From NCBI GenBank assembly GCA_964057225.1, contig OZ059895.1:992001-1056000 (forward strand): DNA of 64,000 nucleotides. Direction: 5' to 3'. This stretch comes from Auanema rhodensis (Eukaryota; Animalia; Nematoda). The notes beneath the pieces were generated by a model that did not search any database, had not been told where the DNA came from, and saw only the letters and a list, made by a program, of their open reading frames with translations. Made by a program: the position numbers and the translations under genes. Shown here piece by piece: positions 25,624 to 40,200 of the stretch. Numbering within the stretch: position 1 is the stretch's first letter; the number at the start of each line of letters is the position of its first letter.

Positions 25624-28600
25624 GAAAAATGGAATCTAAAAACATCTACTTTTTGCTAAATTATTTTGAAATTTTTCGAAAAAATTTTTGTCAAAATGTT
25701 TTTGGAAGCAATGTTGAGTGTACATGGAAACTCAACATACACTAATGCATCATTTTTCAAACGATCATAACTAATTTTTGTATCAAGCGTTTCTCGATGT
25801 AGTATAGTGCATTCGATGCGGATTTTTAAGCTGCGTCGATCTGTGTTATCAGATTTGCGCTAGCTTAAAAATGCACCGAGATATCAACTGATATAATTTC
25901 ACACTTATATCCTCGATTTTCACCCTGAAGAATTAATTTTTTCGTTGAATAACATTGTCCATCGTCTTTGCCTTGAAAAATGGAATCTAAAAACATCTAC
26001 TTTTTGCTAAATTATTTTGAAATTTTTCGAAAAAATTTTTGTCAAAATGTTTTTGGAAGCAATGTTGAGTGTACATGGAAACTCAACATACACTAATGCA
26101 TCATTTTTCAAACAATCATAACTAATTTGTGTATTAAGCGTTTCTCAATGTAGTATAGTGCAATCGATGCGGATTTTTAAGCTGCGTCGATCTGTGTTAT
26201 CAGATTTGCGCTAGCTTAAAAATGCACCGAGATATCAACTGATATAAGTTCACACTTATATCCTCGATTTTCACCCTGAAGAATTGATTTTTTCGTTGAA
26301 TAACATTGTCTATCATCTTTGCCTTGAAAAATGGAATCTAAAAACATCTACTTTTTGCTAAATTATTTTGAAATTTTTCGAAAAAATTTTTGTCAAAATG
26401 TTTTTGGAAGCAATGTTGAGTGTACATGGAAACTCAACATACACTAATGCATCATTTTTCAAACGATCATAACTAATTTTTGTATTAGCTTTTCTCAATG
26501 TAGTATAGTGCATTCGATGCGGATTTTTAAGCTGCGTCGATCTGTGTTATCAGATTTGCGCTAGCTTAAAAAAGCACCGAGATATCAACTGATATAAGTT
26601 CACACTTATATCCTCGATTTTCACCCTGAAGAATTAATTTTTTCGTTGAATAACTTTGTCCATCGTCTTTGCCTTGAAAATTGGAATCTAAAAACATCTA
26701 CTTTTTGCTAAATTATTTTGAAATTTTTCGAAAAAATTTTTGTCAAAATGTTTTTGGAAGCAATGTTGAGTGTACATGGAAACTCAACATACACTAATGC
26801 ATCATTTTTCAAACGATCATAACTAATTTTTGTATTAAGCGTTTCTCGATGTAGTATAGTGCATTCGATGCGGATTTTTAAGCTGCGTCGATCTGTGTTA
26901 TCAGATTTGCGCTAGCTTAAAAATGCACCGAGATTTTAACTGATATAAGTTCACACTTATATCCTCGATTTTCACCCTGAAGAATTAATTTTTTCGTTGA
27001 ATAACATTGTCCATCGTCTTTGCCTTGAAAAATGGAATCTAAAAACATCTACTTTTCGCTAAATTATTTTGAAATTTTTCGAAAAAATTTTTGTCAAAAT
27101 GTTTTTGGAAGCAATGTTGAGTGTACATGGAAACTCAACATACACTAATGCATCATTTTTCAAACGATCATAACTAATTTTTGTATCAAGCGTTTCTTGA
27201 TGTAGTATAGTGCATTCGATGCGGATTTTTAAGCTGCGTCGATCTGTGTTATCAGATTTGCGCTAGCTTAAAAATGCACCGAGATTTTAACTGATATAAG
27301 TTCACACTTATATCCTCAATTTTCACCCTGAAGAATTAATTTTTTCGTTGAATAACATTGTCCATCGTCTTTGCCTTGAAAAATGGAATCTAAAAACATC
27401 TACTTTTTGCTAAATTATTTTGAAATTTTTCGAAAAAATTTTTGTCAAAATGTTTTTGGAAGCAATGTTGAGTGTACATAGAAACTCAACATACACTAAT
27501 GCATCATTTTTCAAACGATCATAACTAATTTGTGTATTAAGCGTTTCTCGATGTAGTATAGTGCATTCGATGCGGATTTTTAAGCTGCGTCGATCTGTGT
27601 TATCAGATTTGCGCTAGCTTAAAAATGCACCGAGATTTTAACTGATATAAGTTCACACTTATATCCTCGATTTTCACCCTAAAGAATTAATTTTTTCGTT
27701 GAATAACATTGTCCATCGTCTTTGCCTTGAAAAATGGAATCTAAAAACATCTACTTTTCGCTAAATTATTTTGAAATTTTTCGAAAAAATTTTTGTCAAA
27801 ATGTTTTTGGAAGCAATGTTGAGTGTACATGGAAACTCAACATACACTAATGCATCATTTTTCAAACGATCATAACTAATTTTTGTATCAAGCGTTTCTC
27901 GATGTAGTATAGTGCATTCGATGCGGATTTTTAAGCTGCGTCGATCTGTGTTATCAGATTTGCGCTAGCTTAAAAATGCACCGAGATATCAACTGATATA
28001 AGTTCACACTTATATCCTCGATTTTCACCCTGAAGAATTAATTTTTTCGTTGAATAACATTGTCCATCGTCTTTGCCTTGAAAAATGGAATCTAAAAACA
28101 TCTACTTTTTGCTAAATTATTTTGAAATTTTTCGAAAAAATTTTTGTCAAAATGTTTTTGGAAGCAATGTTGAGTGTACATGGAAACTCAACATACACTA
28201 ATGCATCATTTTTCAAACGATCATAACTAATTTGTGTATTAAGCGTTTCTCAATGTAGTATAGTGCATTCGATGCGGATTTTTAAGCTGCGTCGATCTGT
28301 GTTATCAGATTTGCGCTAGCTTAAAAATGCACCGAGATATCAACTGATATAAGTTCACACTTATATCCTCGATTTTCACCCTGAAGAATTAATTTTTTCG
28401 TTGAATAACATTGTCCATCGTCTTTGCCTTGAAAATTGGAATCTAAAAACATCTACTTTTTGCTAAATTATTTTGAAATTTTTCGAAAAAATTTTTGTCA
28501 AAATGTTTTTGGAAGCAATGTTGAGTGTACATGGAAACTCAACATACACTAATGCATCATTTTTCAAACAATCATAACTAATTTTTGTATTAGCTTTTCT

Positions 28601-29481
28601 CAATGTAGTATAGTGCATTCGATGCGGATTTTTAAGCTGCGTCGATCTGTGTTATCAGATTTGCGCTAGCTTAAAAATGCACCGAGATATCAACTGATAT
28701 AAGTTCACACTTATATCCTCGATTTTCACCCTGAAGAATTAATTTTTTCGTTGAATAACTTTGTCCATCGTCTTTGCCTTGAAAATTGGAATCTAAAAAC
28801 ATCTACTTTTTGCTAAATTATTTAGAAATTTTTCGAAAAAATTTTTGTCAAAATGTTTTTGGAAGCAATGTTGAGTGTACATGGAAACTCAACATACACT
28901 AATGCATCATTTTTCAAACGATCATAACTAATTTTTGTATTAGCTTTTCTCAATGTAGTATAGTGCATTCGATGCGGATTTTTAAGCTGCGTCGATCTGT
29001 GTTATCAGATTTGCGCTAGCTTAAAAATGCACCGAGATATCAACTGATATAAGTTCACACTTATATCCTCGATTTTCACCCTGAAGAATTAATTTTTTCG
29101 TTGAATAACATCGTCCATCGTCTTTGCTATGAAAAATGGAGTCTAAAAACATCTACTTTTTGCTAAATTATTTTGAAATTTTTCGAAAAAATTTTTGTCA
29201 AAATGTTTTTGGAAGCAATGTTGAGTGTACATGGAAACTCAACATACACTAATGCATCATTTTTCAAACGATCATAACTAATTTTTGTATTAAGCGTTTC
29301 TCGATGTAGTATAGTGCATTCGATGCGGATTTTTAAGCTGCGTCGATCTGTGTTATCAGATTTGCGCTAGCTTAAAAATGCACCGAGATTTTAACTGATA
29401 TAAGTTCACACTTATATCCTCAATTTTCACCCTGAAGAATTAATTTTTTCGTTGAATAACATTGTCCATCGTCTTTGCCTT

Positions 29482-32400
29482 GAAAAATGGAATCTAAAAA
29501 CATCTACTTTTTGCTAAATTATTTTGAAATTTTTCGAAAAAATTTTTGTCAAAATGTTTTTGGAAGCAATGTTGAGTGTACATAGAAACTCAACATACAC
29601 TAATGCATCATTTTTCAAACGATCATAACTAATTTGTGTATTAAGCGTTTCTCAATGTAGTATAGTGCATTCGATGCGGATTTTTAAGCTGCGTCGATCT
29701 GTGTTATCAGATTTGCGCTAGCTTAAAAATGCACCGAGATATCAACTGATATAAGTTCACACTTATATCCTCGATTTTCACCCTGAAGAATTAATTTTTT
29801 CGTTGAATAACATTGTCCATCGTCTTTGCCTTGAAAATTGAAATCTAAAAACATCTACTTTTTGCTAAATTATTTTGAAATTTTTCGAAAAAATTTTTGT
29901 CAAAATGTTTTTGGAAGCAATGTTGAGTGTACATGGAAACTCAACATACACTAATGCATCATTTTTCAAACGATCATAACTGATTTTTGTATTGAGCGTT
30001 TCTCGATGTAGTATAGTGCATTCGATGCGGATTTTTAAGCTGCGTCGATCTGTGTTATCAGATTTGCGCTAGCTTAAAAATGCACCGAGATTTTAACTGA
30101 TATAAGTTCACACTTATATCCTCGATTTTCACCCTGAAGAATTAATTTTTTCGTTGAATAACATTGTCCATCGTCTTTGCCTTGAAAATTGGAATCTAAA
30201 AACATCTACTTTTTGCTAAATTATTTTGAAATTTTTCGAAAAAATTTTTGTCAAAATGTTTTTGGAAGCAATGTTGAGTGTACATGGAAACTCAACATAC
30301 ACTAATGCATCATTTTTCAAACGATCATAACTAATTTTTGTATTAGCTTTTCTCAATGTAGTATAGTGCATTCGATGCGGATTGTTAAGCTGCGTCGATC
30401 TGTGTTATCAGATTTGCGCTAGCTTAAAAATGCACCGAGATATCAACTGATATAAGTTCACACTTATATCCTCGATTTTCACCCTGAAGAATTAATTTTT
30501 TCGTTGAATAACATCGTCCATCGTCTTTGCCTTGAAAAATGGAATCTAAAAACATCTACTTTTTGCTAAATTATTTTGAAATTTTTCGAAAAAATTTTTG
30601 TCAAAATGTTTTTGGAAGCAATGTTGAGTGTACATGGAAACTCAACATACACTAATGCATCATTTTTCAAACGATCATAACTAATTTTTGTATTAAGCGT
30701 TTCTCGATGTAGTATAGTGCATTCGATGCGGATTTTTAAGCTGCGTCGATCTGTGTTATCAGATTTGCGCTAGCTTAAAAATGCACCGAGATATCAACTG
30801 ATATAAGTTCACACTTATTTCCTCGATTTTCACCCTGAAGAATTAAGTTTTTCGTTGAATAATATTGTCCATCGTCTTTGCCTTGAAAAATGGAATCTAA
30901 AAACATCTACTTTTTGCTAAATTATTTTGAAATTTTTCGAAAAAATTTTTGTCAAAATGTTTTTGGAAGCAATGTTGAGTGTACATGGAAACTCAACATA
31001 CACTAATGCATCATTTTTCAAACGATCATAACTAATTTTTGTATTAAACGTTTCTCAATGTAGTATAATGCATTCGATGCGGATTTTTAAGCTGCGTCGA
31101 TCTGTGTTATCAGATTTGCGCTAGCTTAAAAATGCACCGAGATATCAACTGATATAAGTTCACACTTATTTCCTCGATTTTCACCCTGAAGAATTAAGTT
31201 TTTCGTTGAATAATATTGTCCATCGTCTTTGCCTTGAAAAATGGAATCTAAAAACATCTACTTTTTGCTAAATTATTTTGAAATTTTTCGAAAAAATTTT
31301 TGTCAAAATGTTTTTGGAAGCAATGTTGAGTGTACATGGAAACTCAACATACACTAATGCATCATTTTTCAAACGATCATAACTAATTTTTGTATTAAAC
31401 GTTTCTCAATGTAGTATAATGCATTCGATGCGGATTTTTAAGCTGCGTCGATCTGTGTTATCAGATTTGCGCTAGCTTAAAAATGCACCGAGATATCAAC
31501 TGATATAAGTTCACACTTATATCCTCGATTTTCACCCTGAAGAATTAATTTTTTCGTTGAATAACATTGTCCATCGTCTTTGCCTTGAAAAATGGAATCT
31601 AAAAACATCTACTTTTTGCTAAATTATTTTGAAATTTTTCGAAAAAATTTTTGTCAAAATGTTTTTGGAAGCAATGTTGAGTGTACATGGAAACTCAACA
31701 TACACTAATGCATCATTTTTCAAACGATCATAACTAATTTGTGTATTAAGCGTTTCTTAATGTAGTATAGTGCATTCGATGCGGATTTTTAAGCTGCGTC
31801 GATCTGTGTTATCAGATTTGCGCTAGCTTAAAAATGCACCGAGATATCAACTGATATAAGTTCACACTTATATCCTCGATTTTCACCCTGAAGAATTAAT
31901 TTTTTCGTTGAATAATATTGTCCATCGTCTTTGCCTTGAAAAATGGAATCTTAAAACATCTACTTTTTGCTAAATTATTTTGAAATTTTTCGAAAAAATT
32001 TTTGTCAAAATGTTTTTGGAAGCAATGTTGAGTGTACATGGAAACTCAACATACACTAATGCATCATTTTTCAAACGATCATAACTAATTTTTGTATTAA
32101 ACGTTTCTCAATGTAGTATAGTGCATTCGATGCGGATTTTTAAACTGCGTCGATCTGTGTTATCAGATTTGCGCTAGCTTAAAAATGCACCGAGATATCA
32201 ACTGATATAAGTTCACACTTATATCCTCGATTTTCACCCTGAAGAATTAATTTTTTCGTTGAATAACATTGTCCATCGTCTTTGCCTTGAAAATTGAAAT
32301 CTAAAAACATCTACTTTTTGCTAAATTATTTTGAAATTTTTCGAAAAAATTTTTGTCAAAATGTTTTTGGAAGCAATGTTGAGTGTACATAGAAACTCAA

Positions 32401-35400
32401 CATACACTAATGCATCATTTTTCAAACGATCATAACTAATTTGTGTATTAAGCGTTTCTTAATGTAGTATAGTGCATTCGATGCGGATTTTTAAGCTGCG
32501 TCGATCTGTGTTATCAGATTTGCGCTAGCTTAAAAATGCACCGAGATATCAACTGATATAAGTTCACACTTATATCCTCGATTTTCACCCTGAAGAATTA
32601 ATTTTTTCGTTGAATAATATTGTCCATCGTCTTTGCCTTGAAAAATGGAATCTTAAAACATCTACTTTTTGCTAAATTATTTTGAAATTTTTCGAAAAAA
32701 TTTTTGTCAAAATGTTTTTGGAAGCAATGTTGAGTGTACATGGAAACTCAACATACACTAATGCATCATTTTTCAAACGATCATAACTAATTTTTGTATT
32801 AAACGTTTCTCAATGTAGTATAGTGCATTCGATGCGGATTTTTAAACTGCGTCGATCTGTGTTATCAGATTTGCGCTAGCTTAAAAATGCACCGAGATAT
32901 CAACTGATATAAGTTCACACTTATATCCTCGATTTTCACCCTGAAAAATTAATTTTTTCGTTGAATAACATTGTCCATCGTCTTTGCCTTGAAAAATGGA
33001 ATCTAAAAACATCTACTTTTTGCTAAATTATTTTGAAATTTTTCGAAAAAATTTTTGTCAAAATGTTTTTGGAAGCAATGTTGAGTGTACATAGAAACTC
33101 AACATACACTAATGCATCATTTTTCAAACGATCATAACTAATTTGTGTATTAAGCGTTTCTCAATGTAGTATAGTGCATTCGATGCGGATTTTTAAGCTG
33201 CGTCGATCTGTGTTATCAGATTTGCGCTAGCTTAAAAATGCACCGAGATATCAACTGATATAAGTTCACACTTATATCCTCGATTTTCACCCTGAAGAAT
33301 TAATTTTTTCGTTGAATAACATTGTCCATCGTCTTTGCCTTGAAAATTGAAATCTAAAAACATCTACTTTTTGCTAAATTATTTTGAAATTTTTCGAAAA
33401 AATTTTTGTCAAAATGTTTTTGGAAGCAATGTTGAGTGTACATGGAAACTCAACATACACTAATGCATCATTTTTCAAACGATCATAACTGATTTTTGTA
33501 TTGAGCGTTTCTCGATGTAGTATAGTGCATTCGATGCGGATTTTTAAGCTGCGTCGATCTGTGTTATCAGATTTGCGCTAGCTTAAAAATGCACCGAGAT
33601 TTTAACTGATATAAGTTCACACTTATATCCTCGATTTTCACCCTGAAGAATTAATTTTTTCGTTGAATAACATTGTCCATCGTCTTTGCCTTGAAAATTG
33701 GAATCTAAAAACATCTACTTTTTGCTAAATTATTTTGAAATTTTTCGAAAAAATTTTTGTCAAAATGTTTTTGGAAGCAATGTTGAGTGTACATGGAAAC
33801 TCAACATACACTAATGCATCATTTTTCAAACGATCATAACTAATTTTTGTATTAGCTTTTCTCAATGTAGTATAGTGCATTCGATGCGGATTGTTAAGCT
33901 GCGTCGATCTGTGTTATCAGATTTGCGCTAGCTTAAAAATGCACCGAGATATCAACTGATATAAGTTCACACTTATATCCTCGATTTTCACCCTGAAGAA
34001 TTAATTTTTTCGTTGAATAACATCGTCCATCGTCTTTGCCTTGAAAAATGGAATCTAAAAACATCTACTTTTTGCTAAATTATTTTGAAATTTTTCGAAA
34101 AAATTTTTGTCAAAATGTTTTTGGAAGCAATGTTGAGTGTACATGGAAACTCAACATACACTAATGCATCATTTTTCAAACGATCATAACTAATTTTTGT
34201 ATTAAGCGTTTCTCGATGTAGTATAGTGCATTCGATGCGGATTTTTAAGCTGCGTCGATCTGTGTTATCAGATTTGCGCTAGCTTAAAAATGCACCGAGA
34301 TATCAACTGATATAAGTTCACACTTATTTCCTCGATTTTCACCCTGAAGAATTAAGTTTTTCGTTGAATAATATTGTCCATCGTCTTTGCCTTGAAAAAT
34401 GGAATCTAAAAACATCTACTTTTTGCTAAATTATTTTGAAATTTTTCGAAAAAATTTTTGTCAAAATGTTTTTGGAAGCAATGTTGAGTGTACATGGAAA
34501 CTCAACATACACTAATGCATCATTTTTCAAACGATCATAACTAATTTTTGTATTAAACGTTTCTCAATGTAGTATAATGCATTCGATGCGGATTTTTAAG
34601 CTGCGTCGATCTGTGTTATCAGATTTGCGCTAGCTTAAAAATGCACCGAGATATCAACTGATATAAGTTCACACTTATTTCCTCGATTTTCACCCTGAAG
34701 AATTAAGTTTTTCGTTGAATAATATTGTCCATCGTTTTTGCCTTGAAAAATGGAATCTAAAAACATCTACTTTTTGCTAAATTATTTTGAAATTTTTCGA
34801 AAAAATTTTTGTCAAAATGTTTTTGGAAGCAATGTTGAGTGTACATGGAAACTCAACATACACTAATGCATCATTTTTCAAACGATCATAACTAATTTTT
34901 GTATTAAACGTTTCTCAATGTAGTATAATGCATTCGATGCGGATTTTTAAGCTGCGTCGATCTGTGTTATCAGATTTGCGCTAGCTTAAAAATGCACCGA
35001 GATATCAACTGATATAAGTTCACACTTATATCCTCGATTTTCACCCTGAAGAATTAATTTTTTCGTTGAATAACATTGTCCATCGTCTTTGCCTTGAAAA
35101 ATGGAATCTAAAAACATCTACTTTTTGCTAAATTATTTTGAAATTTTTCGAAAAAATTTTTGTCAAAATGTTTTTGGAAGCAATGTTGAGTGTACATGGA
35201 AACTCAACATACACTAATGCATCATTTTTCAAACGATCATAACTAATTTGTGTATTAAGCGTTTCTTAATGTAGTATAGTGCATTCGATGCGGATTTTTA
35301 AGCTGCGTCGATCTGTGTTATCAGATTTGCGCTAGCTTAAAAATGCACCGAGATATCAACTGATATAAGTTCACACTTATATCCTCGATTTTCACCCTGA

Positions 35401-35797
35401 AGAATTAATTTTTTCGTTGAATAATATTGTCCATCGTCTTTGCCTTGAAAAATGGAATCTTAAAACATCTACTTTTTGCTAAATTATTTTGAAATTTTTC
35501 GAAAAAATTTTTGTCAAAATGTTTTTGGAAGCAATGTTGAGTGTACATGGAAACTCAACATACACTAATGCATCATTTTTCAAACGATCATAACTAATTT
35601 TTGTATTAAACGTTTCTCAATGTAGTATAGTGCATTCGATGCGGATTTTTAAACTGCGTCGATCTGTGTTATCAGATTTGCGCTAGCTTAAAAATGCACC
35701 GAGATATCAACTGATATAAGTTCACACTTATATCCTCGATTTTCACCCTGAAAAATTAATTTTTTCGTTGAATAACATTGTCCATCGTCTTTGCCTT
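29482..35797. repeat. Duplicated 8-mer unit; first copy expanded to a 10-mer (29482-32990), second copy an 8-mer (32991-35797)
   Basis: CTGATTTTTGTATTGAGC (~29982/~33491), GATTGTTAAG and CTTATTTCC recur at a 3509-bp offset. The end marker CTGAAAAATT recurs at a 2807-bp offset. TCTTAAAAC occurs twice in copy 1 and once in copy 2. Confidence 0.88.
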
Positions 35798-37200
35798 GAA
35801 AAATGGAATCTAAAAACATCTACTTTTTGCTAAATTATTTTGAAATTTTTCGAAAAAATTTTTGTCAAAATGTTTTTGGAAGCAATGTTGAGTGTACATG
35901 GAAACTCAACATACACTAATGCATCATTTTTCAAACGATCATAACTAATTTTTGTATTAAGCGTTTCTCGATGTAGTATAGTGCATTCGATGCGGATTTG
36001 TAAGCTGCGTCGATCTGTGTTATCAGATTTGTGCTAGCTTCAAAATGCACCGAGATATCAACTGATATAAGTTCACACTTATATCCTCGATTTTCACCCT
36101 GAAGAATTAATTTTTTCGTTGAATAACATTGTCCATCGTCTTTGCCTTGAAAATTGGAATCTAAAAACATCTACTTTTTGCTAAATTATTTTGAAATTTC
36201 TCGAAAAAATTTTTGTCAAAATGTTTTTGGAAGCAATGTTGAGTGTACATGGAAACTCAACATACACTAATGCATCATTTTTCAAACGATCATAACTAAT
36301 TTTTGTATTAGCTTTTCTCAATGTAGTATAGTGCATTCGATGCGGATTTTTAAGCTGCGTCGATCTGTGTTATCAGATTTGCGCTAGCTTAAAAATGCAC
36401 CGAGATATCAACTGATATAAGTTCACACTTATATCCTCGATTTTCACCCTGAAGAATTAATTTTTTCGTTGAATACCATCGTCCATCGTCTTTACCTTGA
36501 AAAATGGAATCTAAAAACATCTACTTTTTGCTAAATTATTTTGAAATTTTTCGAAAAAATTTTTGTCAAAATGTTTTTGGAAGCAATGTTGAGTGTACAT
36601 GGAAACTCAACATACACTAATGCATCATTTTTCAAACGATCATAACTAATTTTTGTATTAAGCGTTTCTCGATGTAGTATAGTGCATTCGATGCGGATTT
36701 TTAAGCTGCGTCGATCTGTGTTATCAGATTTGCGCTAGCTTAAAAATGCACCGAGATATCAACTGATATAAGTTCACACTTATATCCTCGATTTTCACCC
36801 TGAAGAATTAATTTTTTCGTTGAATACCATCGTCCATCGTCTTTGCCTTGAAAAATGGAATCTAAAAACATCTACTTTTTGCTAAATTATTTTGAAATTT
36901 TTCGAAAAAATTTTTGTCAAAATGTTTTTGGAAGCAATGTTGAGTGTACATGGAAACTCAACATACACTAATGCATCATTTTTCAAACGATCATAACTAA
37001 TTTTTGTATTAAGCGTTTCTCGATGTAGTATAGTGCATTCGATGCGGATTTTTAAGCTGCGTCGATCTGTGTTATCAGATTTGCGCTAGCTTAAAAATGC
37101 ACCGAGATTTTAACTGATATAAGTTCACACTTATATCCTCGATTTTCACCCTGAAGAATTAATTTTTTCGTTGAATAACATTGTCCATCGTCTTTGCCTT

Positions 37201-40200
37201 GAAAAATGGAATCTAAAAACATCTACTTTTTGCTGAATTATTTTGAAATTTTTCGAAAAAATTTTTGTCAAAATGTTTTTGGAAGCAATGTTGAGTGTAC
37301 ATGGAAACTCAACATACACTAATGCATCATTTTTCAAACGATCATAACTAATTTGTGTATTAAGCGTTTCTCAATGTAGTATAGTGCATTCGATGCGGAT
37401 TTTTAAGCTGCGTCGATCTGTGTTATCAGATTTGCGCTAGCTTAAAAATGCACCGAGATATCAACTGATATAAGTTCACACTTATATCCTCGATTTTCAC
37501 CCTGAAGAATTAATTTTTTCGTTGAATAACATCGTCCATCGTCTTTGCCTTGAAAAATGGAATCTAAAAACATCTACTTTTTGCTAAATTATTTCGAAAT
37601 TTTTCGAAAAAATTTTTGTCAAAATGTTTTTGGAAGCAATGTTGAGTGTACATGGAAACTCAACATACACTAATGCATCATTTTTCAAACGATCATAACT
37701 AATTTTTGTATTAAGCGTTTCTCGATGTAGTATAGTGCATTCGATGCGGATTTTTAAGCTGCGTCGATCTGTGTTATCAGATTTGCGCTAGCTTAAAAAT
37801 GCACCGAGATATCAACTGATATAAGTTCACACTTATATCCTCGATTTTCACCCTGAAGAATTAATTTTTTCGTTGAATAACATTGTCCATCGTCTTTGCC
37901 TTGAAAAATGGAATCTAAAAACATCTACTTTTTGCTAAATTATTTTGAAATTTTTCGAAAAAATTTTTGTCAAAATGTTTTTGGAAGCAATGTTGAGTGT
38001 ACATGGAAACTCAACATACACTAATGCATCATTTTTCAAACGATCATAACTAATTTTTGTATCAAGCGTTTCTCGATGTAGTATAGTGCATTCGATGCGG
38101 ATTTTTAAGCTGCGTCGATCTGTGTTATCAGATTTGCGCTAGCTTAAAAATGCACCGAGATTTTAACTGATATAAGTTCACACTTATATCCTCGATTTTC
38201 ACCCTGAAGAATTAATTTTTTCGTTGAATAACATTGTCCATCGTCTTTGCCTTGAAAAATGGAATCTAAAAACATCTACTTTTTGCTAAATTATTTTGAA
38301 ATTTTTCGAAAAAATTTTTGTCAAAATGTTTTTGGAAGCAATGTTGAGTGTACATGGAAACTCAACATACACTAATGCATCATTTTTCAAACGATCATAA
38401 CTAATTTGTGTATTAAGCGTTTCTCAATGTAGTATAGTGCATTCGATGCGGATTTTTAAGCTGCGTCGATCTGTGTTATCAGATTTGCGCTAGCTTAAAA
38501 ATGCACCGAGATATCAACTGATATAAGTTCACACTTATATCCTCGATTTTCACCCTGAAGAATTAATTTTTTCGTTGAATAACATCGTCCATCGTCTTTG
38601 CCTTGAAAAATGGAATCTAAAAACATCTACTTTTTGCTAAATTATTTTGAAATTTTTCGAAAAAATTTTTGTCAAAATGTTTTTGGAAGCAATGTTGAGT
38701 GTACATGGAAACTCAACATACACTAATGCATCATTTTTCAAACGATCATAACTAATTTTTGTATTAGCTTTTCTCAATGTAGTATAGTGCATTCGATGCG
38801 GATTTTTAAGCTGTGTCGATCTGTGTTATCAGATTTGCGCTAGCTTAAAAATGCACCGAGATATCAACTGATATAAGTTCACACTTATATCCTCGATTTT
38901 CACCCTGAAGAATTAATTTTTTCGTTGAATAACATCGTCCATCGTCTTTGCCTTAAAAAATGGAATCTAAAAACATCTACTTTTTGCTAAACTATTTTGA
39001 AATTTTTCGAAAAAATTTTTGTCAAAATGTTTTTGGAAGCAATGTTGAGTGTACATGGAAACTCAACATACACTAATGCATCGTTTTTCAAACGATCATA
39101 ACTAATTTTTGTATTAAGCTTTTCTCAATGTAGTATAGTGCATTCGATGCGGATTTTTAAGCTGTGTCGATCTGTGTTATCAGATTTGCGCTAGCTTAAA
39201 AATGCACCGAGATATCAACTGATATAAGTTCACACTTATATCCTCGATTTTCACCCTGAAGAATTAATTTTTTCGTTGAATAACATCGTCCATCGTCTTT
39301 GCCTTGAAAAATGGAATCTAAAAACATCTACTTTTTGCTAAATTATTTCGAAATTTTTCGAAAAAATTTTTGTCAAAATGTTTTTGGAAGCAATGTTGAG
39401 TGTACATGGAAACTCAACATACACTAATGCATCATTTTTCAAACGATCATAACTAATTTTTGTATTAAGCGTTCCTCGATGTAGTATAGTGCATTCGATG
39501 CGGATTTTTAAGCTGCGTCGATCTGTGTTATCAGATTTGCGCTAGCTTAAAAATGCACCGAGATTTTAACTGATATAAGTTCACACTTATATCCTCGATT
39601 TTCACCCTGAAGAATTAATTTTTTCGTTGAATAACATTGTCCATCGTCTTTGCCTTGAAAAATGGAATCTAAAAACATCTACTTTTTGCTAAATTATTTT
39701 GAAATTTTTCGAAAAAATTTTTGTCAAAATGTTTTTGGAAGCAATGTTGAGTGTACATGGAAACTCAACATACACTAATGCATCATTTTTCAAACGATCA
39801 TAACTAATTTGTGTATTAAGCGTTTCTCAATGTAGTATAGTGCATTCGATGCGGATTTTTAAGCTGCGTCGATCTGTGTTATCAGATTTGCGCTAGCTTA
39901 AAAATGCACCGAGATTTTAACTGATATAAGTTCACACTTATATCCTCGATTTTCACCCTGAAGAATTAATTTTTTCGTTGAATAACATCGTCCATCGTCT
40001 TTGCCTTGAAAAATGGAATCTAAAAACATCTACTTTTTGCTAAATTATTTCGAAATTTTTCGAAAAAATTTTTGTCAAAATGTTTTTGGAAGCAATGTTG
40101 AGTGTACATGGAAACTCAACATACACTAATGCATCATTTTTCAAACGATCATAACTAATTTTTGTATTAAGCGTTCCTCGATGTAGTATAGTGCATTCGA

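Noticed and set aside
35931-36170. 79-aa minus-strand ORF as a gene
   Set aside because: It lies wholly within satellite monomers; the same frame has two TAA stops in consensus copies, and there is no recognisable domain.
37146-37337. 63-aa minus-strand ORF
   Set aside because: It is opened by one private A35G change (~37235, TAG>CAG), starts at TTG, and has no coding support.
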